A DNA stretch of 64,000 bases from Octopus sinensis (GCF_006345805.1 NC_043009.1:48236001-48300000); one strand, 5' to 3'. Shown: positions 48,198 through 61,796, numbered from the stretch's first letter. A program made the numbers and translations. The notes: generated by a model from the sequence alone, not told the origin.

Positions 48198-48890
48198 GTG
48201 AGTACAGGACACCACAAATAAACGTAGAACACAACGAGAGACGAGAACATAAAATCAAACAAGGAAACGGACTTTTTTTAAACAACGAAAAAACAGAGTA
48301 CAGGACAAACAATACAAGGAAACTTCCCCTTCATCAGCTGTCCCTGGTTCGACTCAAAGTATGTTTCGAAGGTAAGGACAGAACACAGTCGAAGCGGTTC
48401 GTCAAAGGTCATCGATAAAATAACTTAGCGGTTCGCCAATCATAATCAATAAAATAAATTAGCAGTTCGCCATAGAAGATCGATAAAATAACCTAGCGTT
48501 TCGCCATAAATCGATAAAATAACTTAGCTGTTCTCCAAAGGAGATCGGTAAAATAATTTAGCGGTTTGCCTTATAGGGATGTGCATCAGTGTATTGGTGT
48601 GCACTTTGGTCAAGCTCTTCGTCGAGCCCGAGTGTATTGGTGGAAGGTCGGGTGCGGTAACCTATAGTTGCATTAAAGATGCATCTCCGCACGGCCATCT
48701 CCTTGTCATCACACAGTATTTGACCAAGAACATGAATCTGAGCTATCAGGAGATTCACACACTACTGACAGATTCATTCTTATACACATATTCACACACT
48801 CACGCATGAACTATACACACGCACGCACACATCTACGTATATATGAATATATATATATATATTTATATACATACATACATATATATACAA

Positions 48891-48935
<45 letters not shown>

Positions 48936-49047
48936 CATATACATATATACATATATATATGTTGTTAAAAAAAGTCCGTTTCCTTGTTTGATTTTATGTT
49001 TTCGTTTCTCATTGTGTTCTACGTTTATTTGTGGTTTTCTGTACTCA
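48198..49047. mobile_element. Penelope-pLTR-like insertion bounded by ~90-bp inverted repeats
   Basis: 48198-48290 is the reverse complement (about 90% identity by eye) of 48961-49047; minus-strand CTGATGA near 48330-48337; flanked by TA/CA microsatellites. Confidence 0.55.
48411..48570. repeat. Minisatellite, 5 copies of atcgataaaataacttagcggttcgcc with short variable linkers
   Basis: Copies near 48411, 48446, 48479, 48510 and 48545. Confidence 0.9.
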
Positions 49048-49484
49048 TATATGCATGTATATATATATATATATATAGATGTAGGTATGTACATATATGT
49101 ATGTATGTATGCATATGTTTTATTTATTAAATTGTTATCATATATATATATATATATGGAAGATTGGCTTGATTTAATTTAATCAGGTTATTACCATTAA
49201 ACAGTAGATGAAACGGTGCATCGTATAAGAAATTACAGGGTAAACGTTTTTTAATTTTCTCCTGGTTTGCGGAATTATGTTATTTTGCGGTTGAAGCTTT
49301 GGCTGTTATTTCTAGGGGTGAATGGCCTATTATGGCCGTTCCTTGATTGTGATGTTGAACTTATAAATGGTCTATGACTATTTAATTTTTCCCACTAGGA
49401 CCGCTGGTGGCAAAAAATTCTACAAAATTTTTTTGCCACCCTATATTGATAATTAATTATATATATATATATATAATATATATA

Positions 49485-49518
<34 letters not shown>

Positions 49519-49526
49519 GTATATAT

Positions 49527-49558
<32 letters not shown>

Positions 49559-50344
49559 CAGGTATATATAAAATATATCAATTACACCACACACACACAC
49601 ACACAATATATATATACTATACATACGCACACATGGCTACGACTGTACTAATGTCTATGCATATACATGCATACATACATTCATTTACATACAAATATAC
49701 ATGCATACATACATACATACATACGTACATACATACATACATACATACATACATACATACATACATACATACATACATACATACACACAAATATATATAC
49801 ATATAACTAACGGCACAGATAGCAACATTAATGCAATGAAAATAAAGAAACAAACTTAATAAGAAAAGAAAATCGAACGAAACAAAACAATAAAATAAAA
49901 CGAAATAAAAACAAAATGGACGAAAAAAAATGACTATCGTTTCTTCGAATCCTATGAAATATTAAGAAAGATCTTTGTGTTTGATGGATCGGTTATTTTG
50001 TCGTTAGAATGTTGGCCATTATCAATTAATGATGTGTTTAAACAAGACACCGTAATCGTTACACTATGAAAAGCGTATGTGTTTGTGTCTGTTGTATGCG
50101 TAAGTGTGTGCGTGTACGTGTTTGGCAATGCGTGTAAGCGTGTGTGTATTTGTGAATCTGTTTGGTTTTTTACACCAGCAGACACACACACACACACACA
50201 CGCACGCATGCACAGTGGCACGAATATACAGGTGCTTAGAACAAGTATTAATCAAAAGCACAACACACACCACGCTCGTTTTTATTGCCGCACTTACTTT
50301 TCCTATCTTACCGTCGCACCGTTTTATTGTTTCGACTGTTCAAG

Positions 50345-51040
50345 TGTCTTTATGTCATCATCGTCGTCGTCGTTATCATCATCATCATCATCATCTTTAA
50401 CATCATCATCGTCATCATGATCATCATCGTCGTCATCATGATCATCATGGTCATCATCATCATTACCATCACCATCATCATCATCATCATCATCATCATC
50501 TTTAACATCATCATCGCCATCATGATCATCATGGTCATCATCATTACCACCACCATCATCATATTTGTAATCATCTTTAGCATCACTATCATCATCATGA
50601 TCATCATTATGATCATCATCATGATCATTATCATCATTCTCCTCCTCCTGTTCATCCTCTTCTTGATCTTCCTCCTCCTGTTCCTCTTCTTCTTGTTCTT
50701 CCTCCTCCTCCCCCGTTCCTCCTACCTCGTTCCCCCTCCCCCGTTCCTCCGCCATCGTTACTCCTCCCCCTGTTCCCTCTCCCCGATTCTTCCTCCTCCT
50801 GTTCCTCTTCCTCCTATTCCTCCTCCTGCTTCTCCTCCTCCGGTTCCTTCTCCCCTACATCATCATCATCATCATCGTCATTATCATTATCTCATAACAT
50901 CCTCGTTATTATTATCATCGCGTTCATCATCATAATCGACGTCATCCTTGTCTTCATCGTCGTTATCGACATCGTGCTCTTCATCTTCATCCACATTGTC
51001 GTCATCGATTTTGTTGTCGGAGTAATCATCATCATTATCA
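50345..51040. repeat. (ATC)/(CCT) low-complexity tract
   Basis: Direct sequence. Confidence 0.95.
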
Positions 51041-51107
51041 GCATCATCATGTTCTAATTCTTGGCCATTTATTTTGTTGTTATTGTTGTTCTTGTTGCTG
51101 TGGCTGC

Positions 51108-51141
<34 letters not shown>

Positions 51142-51323
51142 CTTCTTCTTCTTCTTCTTCTTCTTCTTCTTCTTCTTCTTCTTCTTCTTCTTCTTCTTCT
51201 TCTTCTTCTTGTATCTTTTTTCTTCAGTTTTTCTATCAAATTTCTCTTCCTTTTCTTATTTTTCTCATTTCGTCCCATTCATGGTTCGTTGCTTGCCGAA
51301 CGTTGAGAGACAGTAAAACAGTG

Positions 51324-51406
<83 letters not shown>

Positions 51407-51980
51407 CACATACACACACACACGCACACACACACACAAACACAAACACGCATACAAACACATAAACAGAAAGATAAAGTGTGAGAGAAGGAGAAATAGA
51501 GAGGAAGAAAGAGCAGGAACATGAGAGAGAGTTATATAAATAGAGAAGAGATGAGGAGAGAGAAGAGAGAGAGAAAGAAAGAGAGACAGATAGACAGACA
51601 GAGAAAAGTGAAAGTCACCAATGAAAAGAGAGATAGAAAGTGAGTGAAAGACAGAGAGGGAGAGAGAGTGAAAGATAAAAGAGAAAGAGAGAGAGAGAGA
51701 AAGAGAGAGAGAAAGGAGAGAGAGAGAGAGCTGTTTTATTTGAAGAGGCTCCATTAATTTCTTCACAGGTGCCTGTAATGAGAAACATTAGCACTGAAAC
51801 GATAAACAAGAAACAAATATGAATATGTATAGATGTGTGTGCGCATACAAATCTAGATATCTATCAATGTATGTGTATATATATATATTTATATATATGT
51901 ATACATGTATATATCTATATGTGTACATATATATCTATGTGCATAATACTTATATATATATATGTAGGCATTATAGTCGT

Positions 51981-52154
51981 AGGAGTGGCTTTGTGGTAAG
52001 TAGCTTGCTTACCAACCATATGGTTCCGGGTTCAGTCCCACTGCGTGGCACCTTAGGCAAGTATCTTCTTCTATATCCTCGGGCCGACTAAAGACTTGTG
52101 AGTGGATTTGGGAGACGGAAACTAAAAGAAGCCCGTTGTATAGATGTATATATA

Positions 52155-52193
<39 letters not shown>

Positions 52194-52404
52194 GGTGTGT
52201 GTATATGTTTGTGTGTCTGTGTTTGTCTCCTCCCCCAACATCGCTTGACAACCAATGCTAGTTTGTTTACGTCCCCGTAACTTAGCGGTTCGGCAAAAGA
52301 GACCGATAGAATAAGTACTAGGCTTATAAAGAATAAGTACCGGGGGTCGATTTGTTCGACTAAAGGCGGTGCTCCAAGTAAACAAGTAAAAAAGTAAAAG
52401 AGTA
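51981..52404 (+). mobile_element. SINE family A, full length
   Basis: aggagtggctttgtggtaag.. through ..aagtaaaagagta. Confidence 0.93.
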
Positions 52405-52768
52405 TACACATAGATACACATATATTTATATACGCTGCCATACACACACACATGTATATACTTATACATATATATATAACCACACATACGCACAAACAAC
52501 GAGATAATGTTTCCTAGAAATATTTGACCATCGGTGGTGGAATCTATCTGAGATCTAAGAATGCCCATGAAGTGGCAGAATGGCAGCAACAGTAGAGTGA
52601 ATCTATATACCTTTAAGCTTTTAGTTCAAATCTCAAACTTGTGGATCATAAATTCCTACGAGACAGGGTCTCGCCTACCAGGGTCTCGCAGAAAATAACA
52701 AGTCCTTATGATCATCTCCTCACGCACACTCCACCACGCGCACACACACATCCATCCACCCATCCATC

Positions 52769-52814
<46 letters not shown>

Positions 52815-52865
52815 ATGTACACACACACACACACATATATATATACATACATCTATATATATATA

Positions 52866-53022
52866 TGTAAGGTATACTAGCCATCTCAATATGGCTAACC
52901 ACTAAGGGTGGGTGTTACTGTAGTTTGTAGCCCCAGGAGATCATGTCTCCAGCTGGAGCTACAAGCTACAGTAAACACCCAACTTAGTGTTAGCCATATT
53001 GAGATGGCTAGTATACCTTACA
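52866..53022. mobile_element. 157-bp foldback element (MITE-like long hairpin)
   Basis: tgtaaggtatactagccatctcaatatggctaac ... gttagccatattgagatggctagtataccttaca: arms complementary over ~70 bp. Confidence 0.85.
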
Positions 53023-53114
53023 ACCGTCGTGCAGTTACTGTTTACATCTCGTTCAGATCATTATTGCATCTATATATATATGTATGTATGTATATTATAT
53101 ATATATATATATAT

Positions 53115-53170
<56 letters not shown>

Positions 53171-53930
53171 CAGTGTCGGGCAAGCTAAAGAAAAATGTTA
53201 GCTTCATTAACCGCTAATCCACCAACTAAAAAAGGTTAGCTTCGGAAACGCCAATCCGTTAAACAAGTAAAATTATCAGCGGAGTTAACTGATAACCGCT
53301 AACTTTGATCATATGAATTTACCTTCGGTTTGTTTTTTTAGCGCTAAAACATTTCAAGTTGCAGAGGCTCGGCGCTTGTCCCTTGATTGTGGTCTCCTTG
53401 GGCTGGCACATGTCGCATCAGAAGAACAAGATTTTGGCGTTCCTCATATCCCTTGACGTAAGGACAAAGTAGTCCTCCAGACGGATTCTGAGAGGCCTCA
53501 CTCTCAACTTGAGCAACCTCCGCCTCACCCACAGCCGTTGCAGACTCCCTGACCGACCCTTCATCCTCAGGCCTAATAAAAACGTCTTCACTTTCCATAA
53601 CGATAAGCGATAACTTGATAAGCTGATAGCATGCACTGCTGTCGCTGACACTGTAAGAGTGTCTGAAATGTGACAACGTCGTAAGTGAACACAACTCACA
53701 ACTGCAGAATTACATAATATCGCAGAGCTAGCTGCTGTTGCGTCGACCAGTCGCGTCTTCGAGACACGTAAACAACAGACAAGAACAAACATGTTAATTT
53801 TGTAGCGGGCATAAAGTTAACGGAGGCTATCAGGTCCACTAACGTTTCCATAGTTAGCGTAAACGCTAATCCGTCTAAACGACGAGAGTTAGCTTCGCTA
53901 ATTAGTTGTTGGCTGGTTAGCGCACCACCG
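53171..53930 (-). mobile_element. hAT-like DNA transposon deletion derivative with BED zinc-finger remnant
   Basis: Minus: MESEDVFIRPEDEG../LEDYFVLTSRDMRNAKILFF*CDMCQPKETTIKGQAPSLCNLK; imperfect ends cagtgtcgggc and gcgcaccaccg; multiple subterminal gttagc/gctaac repeats. Confidence 0.6.
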
Positions 53931-53931
53931 T

Positions 53932-53975
<44 letters not shown>

Positions 53976-54030
53976 TATATTTGTGTACATATATAATTTT
54001 CATGCATATGTATATGTAAAGACACCATAC

Positions 54031-54105
<75 letters not shown>

Positions 54106-54934
54106 TTAAAATGTTTAAGTTTACCCGATGGTCCGCAGTGTTTCCACAATTATAAACACTGAGAACGGAGTGAAGAAATTATTTTATTACATTGATTTAC
54201 AATTGTTTCAACGGGTTATGGTTCTTTAATAATAGCGAGGAATCGAAAACTTTCAAGTCTCTGTTAAACTTTTCCTCATAAAAATTAATATATATGCACT
54301 CAACTAAGAAAGTATTCAAGAATCTTTTATGTTAAACAGTTTTTATAGATAACTTCACATAAAAGCAAACATTGATACAAACGCGCGCGCACACAGACAC
54401 ACACATACACACAAACGCTCACTCTCTCATAAACATACACATACAAACATACACACTCATACAAACACACACACACACGCACACACACACAAACTCACAC
54501 AATACACGCACATACACACAAGCGCACGATCTTTCTCTCACAAACATACACACACACTCACAAACACAGACACACACATATACAAACGCACACGTTCACA
54601 AATACACACATACGCCCGCACACACACACACCTATATATGAGGTTATAAAATTACAATTATTCGTCTTTAGAAATGTGAGATGTTTCAATTTCTCTATTG
54701 ATCTATAAATATCTAAATGTTTAACAAGACTTGTACCGAATATAACTCGCTTCGTTCATACTATTAAATTCATATTTAGAGAAAAAAGATATTTTGATAG
54801 AATATTTACTTGTCCACTATGTTTTTACATAGCTTTAATCTCCAGTCGTAATTATATGATTTATTCCCAGCTATCTACATAGTATTATGGTGAATCGTAA
54901 CTATGATATTTTTATGACAGAGTAATAATTCTTT

Positions 54935-55045
54935 CAACTACAGGCGAAATGCCTGGAATTTTTAGGGAGGGTTAGTCGATTACATCGACCTCAGTGGTAC
55001 ACAACTGGTACTTATTTTATCGACCTCGAAAGGATGTAGGCAATT
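54935..55045 (-). mobile_element. SINE family B fragment
   Basis: agtcgattacatcgacctcagtg..ggtacttattttatcgacctcgaaagg. Confidence 0.75.
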
Positions 55046-55099
55046 AGATGCAAGTGCGAGCGCACACACACACAGACGCGCAGACAGTCGCGCACACAC

Positions 55100-55269
<170 letters not shown>

Positions 55270-55682
55270 ATAATTTCAGCAAAATAATTAAGATTCAAAT
55301 GAATTCCAATGAATTCAAATGAATATGGTACCTAACTTAGATGCACCAGAATTCTTTATGGTATTAACCATAAAATAATGTGGGGTGATTATAACTAAGG
55401 ACAGATATATATACGTTACTAAAGTTACAAACGGCACTAATCAGCCCCAGGTTTGCTGGTAATAAGTGTCAAAACAACCCAATAGCCACAGAAGCATGAC
55501 TGACAGTCATTCAGATTGTGCTTCTGTTTCTATTGAGTAGTTTTGGCTCTTATTTCTAGCAACACTGGTGCTAATTTGTGCCCTTTGTCACTTTAGTGAC
55601 GTGTATATTTCTGTCTTTAGGCTGTAAAATTGCGAATTATCCGACAGTAATGATATATATATATATATATATATATATATCT

Positions 55683-55719
<37 letters not shown>

Positions 55720-55798
55720 ATATATATGTATTATACAAATGAGATAACAAAGTCAAAGTTGTGAGGAGTTTTCAGGACGTTTTTAGGAAAAAGATATA

Positions 55799-55846
55799 GT
55801 CGTACAGCTGTTTCTGAGATATTATGGATATCCCTTCATTAGAGAC
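55799..55846 (-). ncRNA. Hammerhead relic (G5A) of the GAAAC-AGCT-GTH family
   Basis: GUCU[CUAAUGA]A GGGAUAU-CCAUA-AUAUCUC A[GAAA]C-AGCU-G[UA]CGAC. Confidence 0.55.
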
Positions 55847-55952
55847 GGTGTGAAGATGGTTAAATAGAAGTAAATTTTTGCGTTCGAATAAGGAATTATT
55901 ATGGAAAAGGAAGATAGGGAATATAGAGGGAATAAGAGAATGAAAGTAGAGA

Positions 55953-56018
<66 letters not shown>

Positions 56019-56019
56019 T

Positions 56020-56360
56020 GATGAGCAACTCTGCAGTTTCTGTCTACGAAATTCCAGTCACAAGTCTGTGGTTGGCATAAGGCTATAATAGAAAACACTA
56101 CGTTCTGAGTTCAAATTCCACCGAGGTCGACTTTGCCTTTCATATTTTCTGGGTTGGTAAATAAAGTACCAGTAACGCACTGGGGTCGATGTAATCGACT
56201 TAATCCCTTTGTCTGTCTTTTTTTGTCCCCGCTATGTTTAGCCCCTTGTGGGCAATAAAGAAATATATAATAGAAAACACTTGCCCAAGGCACCGTGCAG
56301 AGGGATTGAACGTGGAACTATGTGATTGGGAAGCAAACGTCTCAACCACACAGTCATTCT
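56020..56360 (-). mobile_element. SINE A 5' part interrupted by a truncated + strand SINE B (56100-56265) with 16-bp TSD
   Basis: tataatagaaaacact at 56084-56099 and 56266-56281. Confidence 0.9.
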
Positions 56361-56835
56361 TGCACCTAATATGTGTGTATGTGTGTGTTTACATTTGTGT
56401 CCCACTGTGTCTCAAAGTTAGCAGTTCATCAAGCAGAGATCTATAAAATAAATGCCAGAGTGAAATACGCACTGAAGTCAGTATGATCAATTAAATATTT
56501 GAAGTTGACAGCCCATCATGGCAACATTCGGAAGACTAAACTCAGTAAAATAATGTTTAAAGACTTAATGGCTTCAAATTTAAAGTAATGGATTGCTAAC
56601 CACAAGATAGTGAGTTCAAAACATCGTATTAAACTTCCACTCTATAATATAAAACTATATGCACATCTCAGTCTACGTGACTTCCAACAATTAATAATTG
56701 TAATTTGAAGTTGAATGGTTAACAGTAAGAAAGATGTCCAGATTTCTTTAAAAATTCTTGTGCAAAATATTCTGAGAAAAAGATTTTTTTCGCCACAACA
56801 AAACAACACACAACACACACACACACACACAACAC

Positions 56836-56891
<56 letters not shown>

Positions 56892-57366
56892 TCTGTGGTA
56901 ATTTAAGCTACTACAAATGACATCCAAATCTCTTTTAAAAAGAAAAACACAGATTTACAGTATTTCAAGAAGTAAAAAACAACTACAACAACAAAAAAAA
57001 CCATGCGATGGGTCTGCTACATCAAAGGTAACTCTGAGCTAAACAAAAGACAGACAAACATACTTAACATTAAAAGATTATCTACAGAAACAATTATGTG
57101 GATAAACAAATTAGATGCATCAATATCTCTAATATAGGAATACTTGCAAAAAGATAGACAGTAAAAGATGGAAACTATCAGATGATGAATTTCTAAGTAT
57201 AAATGTATATATATTTATAGTAATAGGTCCAACTTACCATAAAACAAACGACAGAGAAAAATTAAAGGGATGTAAGAAAGGCTTTATAAGTCAAACAGCT
57301 GTTTGTAAGGGCTCAGAGACCCATTATAGTTCTGGTAGATTTAGTTCATCAGAATATGCATACATA

Positions 57367-57765
57367 TGTGGTGAGACGCTTGCTTCCCAATCACATGGTT
57401 ACGGGTTCAGTCCCAATGTGTGGGACCTTGGGCAAAATGTCTTTTACTACATCCTGGAGCCGGCCTTATTCTTGTGAGTGGATTTGGTAGACGGAAACTA
57501 AAAGAAGTCCGTCGTATATATATATCTATATCTGAGTGCGTGCGTCTTTTTGTCTCTGTCTGCCGCCAACGCTTGACAACTTATGCTGGTATGCGTACGT
57601 CCCCATAACTTAGCGGTTTGGCAAAAAGTGTCAAATAGAATAATTAGCTAACTTTAAAAAGAAGTAAGTACAGAGGTCGATATATTCGACCAAAAATTCA
57701 TGAAGGCGGTGTCCCATCCTGTCTGCAGTCTAATGGCTGATACGAGTAAAAGATGAAAGATAAAA
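57367..57765 (+). mobile_element. SINE family A, diverged
   Basis: Consensus match from head to tail. Confidence 0.85.
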
Positions 57766-57779
57766 GATATATATATCTT

Positions 57780-58138
57780 GGCTGTGTGGGAAGAAGCTTG
57801 CTTCCCAAATACATGGTTCCGGGTTCAGTCCCACTGCGTGGCACCTTTGGCACCTATAGTCTCACCAAAGCTTTGTGAGTGGATTTGGTAGATGGAAACT
57901 GAAAGAATCCTGTCGTATATAAATGTATATATATGTATATATTTGTGTGTTTGTGTTTGCCCCCACCACCATAGGTTGACAACAGATGTTGTAACTTAGT
58001 AGCTTGGCAAATGAGACAAATAGAATAAGAACTAGGCTTACAGTAAATAAACCTTGGGATCGATTTGTTCGTCTAAAGGCGGTACGTCCAGCATGGCTGC
58101 AGTCAAATTACTGAAACAAATAAAAGAGTAAAAGAGTA
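57780..58138 (+). mobile_element. SINE family A, tandem with the previous copy
   Basis: gctgtgtgggaagaagcttgc.. through taaaagagtaaaagagta. Confidence 0.88.
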
Positions 58139-58170
58139 TACATACATACATACATACATACATACATACA

Positions 58171-58201
<31 letters not shown>

Positions 58202-58204
58202 TTA

Positions 58205-58527
58205 GGAGCACTCCGTCGGCCGCGACGACGAAGTTCCCAGCTGATACGATCAACGGAACAGCTTGCTTATGAAATTAACGTGTAAGTAGCTGAGCAGTCC
58301 ACAAAGTCGTGTACCCTTAACGTAGTTCTCAGGGAGATTCAGCGTGACACAGAGTATGACAAGGCTAACCCTTTCAAATACAGGTACTACTCACTTTTGC
58401 CAGCTGAGTGGACTGGAGCAACATGAAATAAAGTGTCTTGCTCAAGGACACAACGTGCGGCTGGGAATTGAACTTACGACCTTACGATCATGAGCTGAAT
58501 GCCCCTAACCACTAAGTCACACGCCTT
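58205..58527 (-). mobile_element. SINE family C, near full length
   Basis: Minus head aaggcgtgtgacttagtggttagggg..gttcaattcccag; tail gtcgtcgcggccgacggagtgc. Confidence 0.85.
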
Positions 58528-58528
58528 C

Positions 58529-58564
<36 letters not shown>

Positions 58565-58755
58565 GGAGAGAGAGAGAGAGAGAGAGACAGAGAGAGACAG
58601 AGAGAGAGAGAGAGAGAAAATAGAATAAACACAGCATGAAGTTTATGCCATTTGTTTCCGAAGCACGTTTCCATATTGTAGATATTTGCATCTTTTGCAA
58701 TGGGTGGTAAGAGTACATTTGGATGCAGAAATAACAATGGTTATATTGTTACACA

Positions 58756-58834
<79 letters not shown>

Positions 58835-59173
58835 ATTCAGGCACATGTCCATATGTTCATGGAAGAGTTCTTGGTCATGTAAAGAATAATACATATATAT
58901 AAATATATAATCCAATATATGCAGACTCACACACAAACACACTCACACGAACACACACACAAGCACACGGACACACACACATATGCATATGTATGTGTGT
59001 GCGCGTGTATATAGACAGGTATGTATACACGCACATATATGCAAGTATCTCATCCACACTCTCTTTGCGTATATACATACGTACATACGTACATGCATAC
59101 ATACATACGTACATACATAGATACATACATACATACATATGTACATACGTACATATGTACATACGTACATACA

Positions 59174-59212
<39 letters not shown>

Positions 59213-59427
59213 GTACATACGTACATATGGGTATACGTACATATATGCATGTGTACATATATATATGCATACATAAATATACATATACGTAAATAATCAT
59301 TCACATATACACATACTTGTAGATCTATTTATAAGTTCAACAGATGCATCAATCTAAGTTGTTTGTCTTCAAAATTTTGTTACTATGGTAAAATTCTACT
59401 ATCTTAAATCATCAAAAGAAATCCACC

Positions 59428-59458
<31 letters not shown>

Positions 59459-59613
59459 GCATCAGCAGCACCACCAACTGCAATAGTAACATAGGCAGCA
59501 ACAGTACAAACAGTATTAATGATAAAAATCATAGTTTTTTTCGGAAATTCAGTTTCACTAACTGCATTCATATCATGCCTCAATCATATATGGCTTTCTC
59601 AATATTCAAATAT

Positions 59614-59706
<93 letters not shown>

Positions 59707-60114
59707 ATATATATATATATATATATATATCTATCTATCTATCTATCTGTATATTTATATATATGTGTGTGTGTGTATGTATGTATATATATAGATATAT
59801 GTAATATGAATATGCGTATGTGTATGTGTATGTATATATTAATGTGCGTATGTATATGTATATCTATACACACATATATATATGCATATACATATATACA
59901 TATAGATATATATACATACATATATTTATATTTATATATATGTATTTTTATATATTTTATATATAATCAATGCACACTCACACACTGGCTCTTTCTCACT
60001 CAAACATACCTGTGCGTGTACATTTGTGTATGTATCATTATTAAAATATATGTATGTAAATTCGTACACATGGCATACGTTCGCATGTTCAGATATATGT
60101 GTGTGTTGTGTTGG

Positions 60115-60163
<49 letters not shown>

Positions 60164-60480
60164 ATTATATACATATATACATAAATACATATATATATTA
60201 TATATATATAAAATCATTTGTTGTTAGGTCTGTAATGAAATTTAATGTGCAACTTTGTACACACATACACACGCACAGGCACACTTCACTCCCACACACT
60301 CTCTCACACACACATGCATAAACACGGAACATACGCACATAATGCGAACATTTTGTAGATGACGCAAATTAATTTTATAACTGTCATATTTGTGTCTTGA
60401 TGAACACTCATCATGCAGATATGTATGTTTTCAGTACTATGTCTTATCGCTGTGCAATAGCCTTGATATTTTCAACTCAG

Positions 60481-60540
60481 TATTCGGATAAACTTTCCAA
60501 ACCTAATAACCGTATTCCATTATAACCAAGCAAGAATAAG
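60481..60540 (+). CDS. Candidate 60-nt exon (phase 2-2 IRINFPNLITVFHYNQARI)
   Basis: attttcaactcAG|tattcg...gaataag|GTaggt; length divisible by 3; one open frame. Confidence 0.3.
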
Positions 60541-60612
60541 GTAGGTTGTTACGAATTTAGTCCACTAGTATCAGAATAAAAGAAAAAAGGCAGTTACTGA
60601 TATTTCAAATTT

Positions 60613-60729
60613 ATTTCAAGTGGTTACGCAACATATTGTTACATAGATACTGTTGTTGTCTGTTTTTACTGGGGAACAACTGAGAACAATAATATCTATG
60701 TAACTATTTGGTATGTAACCACTTGAAAT
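60613..60729. other. 117-nt imperfect hairpin
   Basis: atttcaagtggttac/gtaaccacttgaaat (15 bp perfect) and gttacatagata/tatctatgtaac (12 bp perfect), with further pairing up to a small loop. Confidence 0.8.
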
Positions 60730-60945
60730 GTGCATATTAAAATGTGTTTTAAACATTATAGATTATGTTTATATAACTATACACACATGCACACATACAC
60801 ATGACATGTATGTATATATATTTATATGTATTTATATAGGTATATAGATATATATTTACATGTATGTATATTATACATATCCATGTATATGTATGCATGT
60901 ATGTTTGTATGTATCAAAAGGAAGTGTTATAATACTACTCCACAG

Positions 60946-61054
60946 CCATACCAACAATCCAGTATACCACCATCATCAGCTGCCCTACGGATATCATTAT
61001 GGGGTTTTGACACCTGGGCAGTACCATTCAATCCGGCGGTGTCAACAGCACTAA
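60946..61054 (+). CDS. Candidate terminal exon (phase 2) HTNNPVYHHHQLPYGYHYGVLTPGQYHSIRRCQQH*
   Basis: aatactactccacAG acceptor; GC-elevated unique island; phase 0 is also open (PYQQSSIPP..TALK*). Confidence 0.3.
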
Positions 61055-61416
61055 AATAAGTGTTGTTTGGGAACAAACAAACCACAGAAGCCACAGCTTT
61101 CAAACACATTTACCCAATGTACAACCGTCTCGATAAATAATGAATGTTTATATGTATGTATGTATGTGATGTATGTATGAAGTAAGGAAGAGACGTCAAG
61201 GGGTAAGAGACAGCCAGACACATTTACAATCATAGAAAATCACACTGATAAAAAGCACGGGAGAATATTCATTCACTGTTGTATATATTGAAATATATAG
61301 TATATATGTACACAACACCATCATAAGCATATACAAAATCATATACAAGTGAGTATGTGCGAATGCATGTGTATAAATTTATACAGATGTGTGACAGGGA
61401 TATACATACATGTATA

Positions 61417-61727
61417 TCATTTATCTTTTACTTGTTTCAGTCACTATACCGAGACATTGCTGGGGCACCATCTTAGAGAAGTTCAGCAGAGCGAATGGAC
61501 CCCATTACCTATTTTTAAACCTGGTGTTTATTATAACGGATTCTTTTGACGACCCGCTATATTACAGGACATAAACACACAAACACTTATTGTCAAGCTG
61601 TAGGGGGGGGGGGGTCAAAATATACACACATACATGTATGACGGTCTTCTTTCTGTTTCCGTCTACCAAATCCACTCACAAGGTTTTCTACGGCCCGGGG
61701 CGGTATTGGAAGAAACCCCAATGTTCC
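61417..61727 (-). mobile_element. SINE family A, partial
   Basis: tttacttgtttcagtcact..ttctgtttccgtctaccaaatccactcacaagg. Confidence 0.75.
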
Positions 61728-61787
<60 letters not shown>

Positions 61788-61796
61788 GTTATATAA

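Noticed and set aside
48411-48570. CRISPR-like repeat-spacer appearance
   Set aside because: Linkers are only 4-8 nt, repeats are degenerate, the context is eukaryotic and there are no cas genes.
49406-49440. ggtggcaaaaa..tttttgccacc hairpin resembling a terminator
   Set aside because: Eukaryotic context; most likely a collapsed MITE remnant and too short to classify.
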